From Octopus vulgaris (Eukaryota), in NCBI GenBank assembly GCA_951406725.2, contig OX597823.1, positions 31,248,001 through 31,312,000 of the forward strand: a stretch of 64,000 bases of DNA. Direction: 5' to 3'. Each line of letters begins with the position of its first letter. Position 1 is the first letter of the stretch. Of this stretch, positions 55,100 to 64,000 are shown piece after piece. Under the pieces are notes generated by a model. It did no database searches. It worked only from the letters and a program-made list of their open reading frames with translations, and was not told the DNA's origin. Both the position numbers and the translations under genes were made by a program.

Positions 55100-55517
55100 C
55101 ATAAGGAAAATAAGTGTAGAGAGGGAAGTGTTGTCTTCTGGCCAGTTTGCTGAGAAGTGGATGAAACTGGCGAGAATGGTGCGAGTAAACGGGCCTGCCC
55201 TGAGCATACGCCTATAGTTGGAAAAAAGGAAAGAAGAAAAAGTTACCTGTCCCAAAAGTCAGGCTTTTTTTTATGGGGTTTTTCCATGAGCCGCCCTCGA
55301 ACGTGTCCTCCCTACTGAGGATGACACATTGTTGATTTCTTTTTTCTTCTCTCTCTCTCTCTTTTTTTATAAATTTGCTAGTCTTGTTTACACACAAAAC
55401 ACTCACAACACACTTACACATATCCTTTTTGTCCTGTACTGACGATAATGTCTGTCTTAATGTAAACCATTTTTGATTAATAAAGAAAACATGATTATTA
55501 TTATCATCATCATCACC

Positions 55518-55578
<61 letters not shown>

Positions 55579-55617
55579 TAATAATAATAATAATTATTAT
55601 TATTATTATTATTATTA

Positions 55618-55696
<79 letters not shown>

Positions 55697-55735
55697 CATT
55701 ATTATTATTATTATTTTCATTAAGTCAAAATTAAG

Positions 55736-55916
55736 AGAAGAGTGCCATTGTTATCTAGTGAACGATATTTCGACATCTTGTGTGTCTTCAGGAGGAGTTA
55801 CCCCAATCCTTTCTATATTAACCAAAATGAAGTAGATTGACAAATTTATTTTTGAACCAGTTGAAGACACACAAGATGTCGAAATATCGTTCACTAGATA
55901 ACAATGGCACTCTTCT
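55736..55916. repeat. 55-bp perfect inverted repeat containing a hammerhead-like motif (55853-55893, plus)
   Basis: Arms 55736-55790 and 55862-55916; UGAAC-CAGUUGA-A-GACA(loop)UGUC-GAAAU-AUC-GUUCA. Confidence 0.8.
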
Positions 55917-55926
55917 ATTATTATTA

Positions 55927-56067
<141 letters not shown>

Positions 56068-56099
56068 TAGTTTTATTTTTATAGTGTGCCTTCACTTCA

Positions 56100-56930
56100 C
56101 GTCAGAAACGTTAGCACGCCGGGCGAAATGCTTAGCGGTATTTCGTTTGCCGCTACGTTCCGGGTTCAAATTCCGCCGAGGTCGACTTTGCCTTTCATCC
56201 CTTCGGGGTCGATTAAATAAGTACCAGTTACGTACTGGGGTCGATATAATCGGCTCAATCCGTTTGTCTGTCCTTGTTTGTCCCCTCTGTGTTTACTACT
56301 TGGCCTGTTTACTACTTGTGGGTAGTAAAGAAATAGGTATTTCGCCTGTCGTTACGTTCTAAGTTCAAATTTCACCGCGGTCGACTTTGCCTTTCATCCT
56401 TTCGGGGTCGATAAATTAAGTACCAGTTTCGTAATGGGGTCGATGTAATCGACTTAATCTCTTTGTCTGTCATTGTTTCTCCCCTTTATGTTTAGCCCCT
56501 TCTGGGCAATAAAGAAATAAGAAACGTTGGCAAGCCGGGCGAAATGCTTAGCGATATTTCGTCTGTCTTTACCTTCTGAGTTCAAATTCCACCGAGGTCG
56601 ATTTTGCCATTCATCCTTTCACAGTCGATAAATTAAGTACCAGTTGCGTACAGGGATCGATCTAATCGACTGGCCCCCTACCCCAAAATTTCGGGCCTTG
56701 TGCCCAGAGTAGAAAATAATATTTTTAAAAGGCGGTGAGCTGGTAGAAGCGTTAGCATGCCGGGCGAAATGCTTACCAGTATTTTGTCTGTCTTAACATT
56801 CTGCGTTCAAATTCCGCTGAAGTCGACTTTACCGTTTCATCCTTTCAGGATCGGAAAATTAAGTACCAGATGATTACTGGGATCAATCTAATGGACTGAC
56901 TCCCTCCCCCAAAATTCTTGGCCTTGTGCT
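56100..56930 (+). mobile_element. SINE family A tandem array (four bodies)
   Basis: Repeated TTCAAATT..GTCGA.TTT bodies at about 56165, 56363, 56580 and 56806. Confidence 0.85.
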
Positions 56931-56934
56931 CAGT

Positions 56935-57078
56935 GTAGAAAAAATATTTTTCTTACACGCTGCTGGTACTCTCTTTTTGTCTTTTCCTTCATGTCGTGAT
57001 GTTTGATTCCATCTGCCTCAAGTATTCCCATGTATTTATAGCTGGACTGAGGTTGAATTGCCTTCACCATTTCACCAT
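56935..57078 (-). pseudogene. R4/Dong-like RT fragment
   Basis: SYKYMGILEADGIKHHDMKEKTKREYQQRVRKI, resembling RT domain 7 (YKYLG) and the following thumb start. Confidence 0.65.
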
Positions 57079-57099
57079 TATTATCATTATCATTATCAA

Positions 57100-57178
<79 letters not shown>

Positions 57179-57272
57179 GGTGGTGGTGATGGTGGTGGTG
57201 GTGGTGGTAGTAGTGGTGGTGGTTGTGGTGGTGGTGGTGGTGGTGGTGGTGGTGGTGGTGGCAGCAGCGGCA

Positions 57273-57308
<36 letters not shown>

Positions 57309-57838
57309 GTGGTGGTGGTGGTGGTTTGGTGGTGGTGGTGGTGGTGGTTTGGTGGTGGTGGTGGTGGTGGTAGAGGCGGCGGTGGTATTGATGGTGATAC
57401 TTCTTGGCCTGCTGATGGCGGCAGTGGTGCGACAGTGACGGTGGTACTGGGGGGGGGGGGGGGAGGAGTGATGGTACCTGTGCAAGTAATGGTGACTGAC
57501 TGACGAGTCAATCGGTATAATAGAAAATGAACCAAGTTCACGCATACGCATTCACACACCCAAACCTCACCATCACCCTCTCCCTCCCTCTGTCATATTC
57601 ACCTTCTCTGCCTGTCGCCATCTTTATTTTTTTCGTGTCTCTCTTGTAAGATGTTAAATTTAATAAGTTATATGTTGTTATGACGCCTCATTGATAAGAA
57701 GACGGAAAATGGATAAATAAATAAATAAATATGGAACAGTAAGAAAAAAGTGAAGAATATTGTGAACTGGAATCAAATTCAATAACACGAACAGCAGTCT
57801 TAATGTGACGAGTATGTATATATATATATGTATGTATA

Positions 57839-58036
<198 letters not shown>

Positions 58037-58266
58037 TATATATACATACATCTATATATACATATATATATATATGTACATATACATATATATATACATA
58101 TATATACATATATATATACATATATATAGATAGATATAGATACACATATATATCAATCTATCTATCTCTCTATATACATACATATATATATATGTATATA
58201 TATATGTATATATATATATGTACATGCATACACAGACATACATATATATGGATAGATAGATAAAAT

Positions 58267-58303
<37 letters not shown>

Positions 58304-58759
58304 CACACACAAATACATATATATATATATATATATATAGACATATATATATATATATGCTTTAATCTATAATTAAAATTAATATTTAGATTATACCTAT
58401 GTATATACGAGTGTATGCATGTATGTGTGTATTACTTTATGCTTCCATATATATTTTATTTACATAAATATATATAACATGTTTCTATAAGATATATATC
58501 TATACCCAGATATATAATATTAACAAATATGTTTATACACTTTGTAATAGCTTACAATTGTGTGTGTGTGTGTGTTTCTGTATTCATATATATATATATA
58601 TATAGTTTCGGATGTCGGGGCGGAAACCCACGCCAGAGTTTTATCATGGCTACCGAATAATTGTCACATATTATATTTACAGATAAATTCCTCTATTTGC
58701 ATAATATCGAGGTCACTTTCATTCTTTTGTTGTTTTGCCATTTCTACCAATATATATAT

Positions 58760-59657
58760 GACCGGTTCGCAGAACACCTCCGAGACATCTGACTCGGCAA
58801 TGACACCCAGGTCTCGCACCATTTCCGGTTTACCGGTCACTCTTTGCAACACATGTCCGTGTTCGGATTGTCCCTGCACAGTGACCATCTGGACTCCCGT
58901 TTGCGCCGTGAACAGGGATTAATCTTCACTCTTAACTCCTTTGCGTCACATGGGCTCAGCTCTTTTCCCCTCTTCATCTAATCTCCTCCCCACACCTACT
59001 TCCTCCCACCCACCTTTCCTCTCTTGCTCCAACTCCTACTTCTCTTCACTCCTACCACCTTCTCCTTCCCCTTCATCGTCACCCCTCCCTCGTAAGCCCA
59101 ACCCACCCCATCTCTTACACCCACTCCCACATACCCCACCTCTAACCGGACCCTCTGCCTACCCACATACCCCACCCTCAGCTTGACCCACACTCCACCC
59201 GTGCTTTCCCCAGTCTCGCCTCCCCTATCTCCCAACACCATCACACCACACATCACTACACCATACATCACCATACCACACAACACATCACATCACACCA
59301 CTACGCACACAATAGCACTGACCACTTCCCAGACCCACATTTTCACACCGACACACACACACACGCACACGTCAAGATCAACAGCCCTATTCCACACGGA
59401 CATACAAACACTCTTATACACACGCACGCGCACCTCCGTTTTGGGATCACCACTGCTTTATTATCTCTCCTTCTGCCTAGCTCTCCTGTGTGACCCTTCT
59501 GTCCGGCATTCGCCATGATAGATCGCTAGCCACAACACATTCTTTATGTTCTCTCCCTGTTTCTTTCTGTGTTCCCTTCTGTAGAAAAGCGCAGGCTTCT
59601 GTTTGTTGTCTACACCACCTGTCTTCGTCTTTTGTTCTTTTGTGAATTTTCCTCCTA
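58760..59657 (+). mobile_element. Diverged 5'-truncated copy of the Neptune-like PLE (GIY-YIG C-terminus plus 3' UTR, hammerhead partly deleted)
   Basis: Nucleotide homology to 14165-14370 and 15125-15336; in-frame stop; (TA)n flanks. Confidence 0.85.
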
Positions 59658-59665
59658 TATATATG

Positions 59666-59705
<40 letters not shown>

Positions 59706-60814
59706 TATATATATATTTATATATATAGAGAGGGAGAGAGATACACATGAATATTTTTATCCTTTAAGTTCATTTACGGGATACGTTTTTGACTTGGCAC
59801 ATAAAAGCTGCTATGATATATATTCACACCCACACACATACTATATACCTATATTTATATATACATAATATGTCACAATTCTCTGGGAAAGATACCCGTA
59901 ATTCATGTAGGTAACATTCTCAGGTGATCTGATTGGTGGTGTGTTGCGTCTTAGTTCTATAATCGGACATCACCTAGGTGTGTTGGTATATATCTCTCTT
60001 CCTGTAAACATTATACACACATACCTCTGTAAAGGCTGAAACGAAATCCACTATCAATCTGGTAGTCTCTGCTTGTTCGCTGCACATGTGGAAGAAGGAA
60101 TAATGGTGTTGTGTCTTAGGTATATAATGAATCCCTTGTAATGAGGTATGAAAGGAAAATAAACCCTGGAATAGGACCCCAACCCCTCGCAACTGTCTGT
60201 TACTCTCTGAGAATTAGCGAACTAAGTTAATGCAGGACAGTGGTCTGTTATGAATGTTTTATATTCATTTTGGAAATACATCTCTCTATGTATTTCGTCT
60301 GCTGGATTCATGAATGTCACCTGTGTTGGTGATGCCTCTTATACGGAAATGCGTGTCCACACCTGTCTGTCCTATTATCTCCAAACAGACTGACCGCCTT
60401 ATTTTAATGGCGTGCCAACTTTTAGAAAATTCTTGACTCTTGAAATTATCTCCCCTTCTCGGGTTGATCGCAGCAACCACCAGGCAAAGCAATAACTAGT
60501 AGTTATTATTTTGGCGAAGGAAAGATAATCTCTTTAAAATTTTTGTCATTAATACATATTAATATATGTATATGCGCGTGTCTTTGTGTTCGTTTGTAAA
60601 CAAATTCCCATGCCTGTCTTTAGTAAATGCACATTTTGTGTAGTTATGATAAATAGACCATTGTCGTTCGAATGGATTGGAAGGCAATTCGAATAGTTGG
60701 CCAGTCATCGGGATGTTTATTTTGTCCGTTCTACAGAGAGAGAGAGAGAGAGAGAGAGAGTAGTTTACAACAGCAATTGAAAGCAGACATTTTCTGGCAT
60801 CGCATAGAATTATA

Positions 60815-63320
60815 CATATTTGACGCGCTTGTAATGCAAGACGAAACTAGTCGATGCTGGTAGCTATTCCTTTTGATTCCAAACTAATTTAAGTACAGAG
60901 AAAGTGGTCGATCAGGTGAAGTAAATATGTCTGATGCGCTTGTAATGAAAGGCGGAACTATTCGATGCTGGTAGCTATTTCTTTTGATTCAAATTAATAA
61001 CATACGTGCTAGCGGTTGTTTTCATATAGATGTTGGTGATATTGTTGGAAAAGAGTGCGGATACCATCAGTAAGATGTCAAGATCGGCTTCACGTGAACT
61101 AAATGTTTCCCTCTCTACAGAACAAAGAACTGGAATCCAACCCGATATAATAAAAGAGGTTAATTTCTTTTTAAATCTTCCATCGAGAGAAAATACTCAA
61201 ATATCTAACAAAATTTAAGAATCCGAAACACATCCGTGTTTCTTCAGACAAAACTAAAAATATGTACGAAACTGATATCCTTACATGCCATAAACACCTT
61301 TCCAAAAATATCTCTAAGACATAGAAGAAAGCCAACTCTAGTACTTCCCATAGCATTAATTTAGAAGCTATCTACCTAAAAATAAACGAAAGAGTAGAAG
61401 CTTTTGCGTGAGGTGAACCATACATTGCTTTTAAAGAGAAATATATATCCTGATCCGCCAAAATGTAAATTAATGAATGCGCGAGATAAAGGGAGATAAG
61501 TAGGGCCAAGGAAAATATTTTAGATTGCAATATTTTTAGTATTTGACCGGTCGCTTATTTTCTACTATGGAATAACTTATACCATTGTTATTATGTTAAA
61601 CTGTCGTATGTCCAAATTTGGCCAAATGCATGTTTTCAATATTTATTTTTGCTTGCAATAGCCGGTTCTTTTGGTCAAACTATCGTATCTCCAGCTGCTT
61701 CAGATGCCAAGATATCAAAAATTGCCAAAGTGTAATACAACAGTTTTGCTATGGAATAGTAAAATTATTTTTTCGTTTTCTGAAAAAGCAACGTTTTGGA
61801 TTTACGACACTTTTACATAATAGCAATGATGATTAATACCTTTGTAAATTGGATGTCGATATAGTAAGGTTATACCTGTCCATAATTAAACCCCCTGTTA
61901 AAAATATCTTTAGAATTCGTTTTATTCGAGATAGTGTTTCGGATATTTATACTATTAGGCATGCTAGGAATCCTTTACTATTTTACAATAATTTTGCTTG
62001 AGTTAAACATGATGTCGTGATTAGATGGCACGTCTGGACTGAGGTGTGCAAATTGATATGACTTACATCTTAAATTTCCTTCAGAAGAGATTCCTCTCTG
62101 CAGACTTCGGCCTCTACCTCGATGAAGGATTATTCGTTTTGTGCAGCAGAAATTCCTCTTTGCAGAATTCAGCTTCTACCTCGATGAAGGACTATTCGTT
62201 TTGCGCAGAAGAGATTCCTCTCTGCAGAATTCGGCCTCTACTTCAGTGAAGGACTATTCGTTTTGCGCAGAAGAGATTCCTCTCTCTAGAATTCGGCCTC
62301 TACCTCGACGAAGAACTATTCGCTTTGCGAGGCATAACTGACAACCGAATGGGCCCTTTGGAGAATAGGTCCACCAACATATTCAAAGTTAGATTTGAAG
62401 ATCACAATAGATAAAAATCTGAATACAATTAATATCTTTGATAAAACTCTACATTTAGATACTGGTAAATATTTATAGTAAACCTAATGGAAAATTGTAG
62501 TACATTGATATAAATTCCAACTATCTCACAGTAAAACTTGGAAACTTTGTTAATAATCTTAATAAATCAAAATCCAGCTGAACCTTCGATGAGGAATCCT
62601 TTAACCGTCCAGCTCATTGAGTTGCTCCATAGAAAGAACATATTATATACAGAACAGTACTAAATACTCATAAGTTCTTAAAGGTACAGCGCTCAATATA
62701 ATTTGAATGCTCGTTCCAATGTTTCCAGGATTTTATGAACCTTGTAAAGATGTATTTCTTCGGCGACCAGCTTTAATGTGACCTTTAGTTGCATCAAAAT
62801 CTTCAATGCATTCGTAATCAGTATAAATAGAATAAAACTTTGCACTACGAACACGCAAAATTCTTCTCTCCTCTGTGGTTGCAACGACAATGATATATGC
62901 CTTCTTAATGGCGTGTATCCTCACTAAAGCATTTATTTGCTGAGACGAAGTCTCTCTTGTAAATGACGGTGAAATAATTAACTATATTGGGCTTATTGAA
63001 TTTCACCCAACGGATAAATACATTCAGACAATAGGAGTGATGCTATATCACATCATTATCTAAATACACCCAGAGTTTAAAAGATGTAATGTTAAGAAGT
63101 TGAATATCAACTGATCGATTACAGAGTACGTTTTCCCCCTACATCTCCATATTAATTGTTTGGAAACGGAAGTCTTTTCTTCCAGAGAGTTATGACACTC
63201 TATTGCAGTCTTTTGCAAATTTGAATCAGTGATTGAAGTTGGTCAATTCTTGCAGACATTTCAATCGATATTTATCGCAGAATTTTCAATTAGCAACTGG
63301 TAAAAATAATTTATTTCCCA
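60815..63320 (+). pseudogene. Decayed PLE of a different clade, with tandem degenerate hammerheads at its 5' end
   Basis: Remnants PKCKLMN, DIVRLY.SI, IIRHARNPLLF, EVC, FGLYLDEGL (GLYRDDGL-type), KPN..L.YID.NS, CGCNDNDICLLNG and NYIGL; many frameshifts; boundaries approximate. Confidence 0.65.
62082..62329. repeat. 62-bp tandem repeat x4
   Basis: Unit starts at 62082, 62144, 62206 and 62268. Confidence 0.9.
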
Positions 63321-63961
63321 CATAATAGAACTGTCATAACTTTAGTTATTCATTCCGCACTCGATAGTATCCACTTTCCTTAGTTTCATGTGTTTGTACA
63401 CATATGATACCAAAGGTGTGATATACCCATATGAGTACTGAATATATATTACGTAATATGTGTCCAAAGATTGAATGTATGACGCATTTTATAACGTCTT
63501 TTTTCACAGCCAATCATATTTCGAATATTTTTGCTTATATATTGTCATGTTGCTCCAACATTCAGCTATTCCTCAAATTCTAAAACTTCATAAATCAATT
63601 TTTTTTTTTTGGTTCTCTGTGTTTTATTCATATGATACTGAAACCGTGAATGTGCAATACATTTATGTGAAAATTGAATACATTGTGTCCACTACGCATC
63701 AAAAATTAAGATGTGAATGTTTGACACGCTTTCCAGCTGCTTTACAGCATCCAGTCAAATTTCGAAGACATATCTCGGGTGCTACAAATATTGTTGTTTA
63801 TATATTGTCACACTCACTACCATCTTCAGTCGTTCAAATAAACAACAGGACACTCGGAGTAACAATTCAATGAACTTCAATTTCTCATAAAATATATTCA
63901 GCTCTAATTTTCGTTGGTTGCAAATACAACAAATAGAAGCGTAAACAATTCTGAACATATA

Positions 63962-64000
<39 letters not shown>

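Overview
Eukaryotic, AT-rich, microsatellite-saturated intronic or intergenic DNA. The repeat content resembles an octopus/cephalopod genome (inference, not verified). Nearly all entries in the ORF track are microsatellite artefacts. The only intact long CDS is a Neptune-like Penelope-like element (PLE) ORF with RT plus C-terminal GIY-YIG (11478-14699) and a 3' minimal hammerhead ribozyme. The window also holds many PLE relics and pseudo-LTR (pLTR) fragments, tRNA-derived SINEs (some multimeric), R4/Dong-type fragments in (AAT)n tracts, a CR1-type fragment, a non-autonomous Helitron, a HINE, a hAT MITE and a deleted mariner. The most interesting observation is a second PLE family. Its 3' end, directly after the GIY-YIG stop codon, consists of a tRNA-like Pol III A/B-box head, an (AAT)n tract, a type I minimal hammerhead and a tail. 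This cassette also occurs alone, starting exactly at tRNA position +1 and flanked by a 31-bp direct repeat, which suggests a ribozyme-bearing SINE born from and mobilised by a PLE. No host gene could be identified with confidence; only weak candidate exons were seen.
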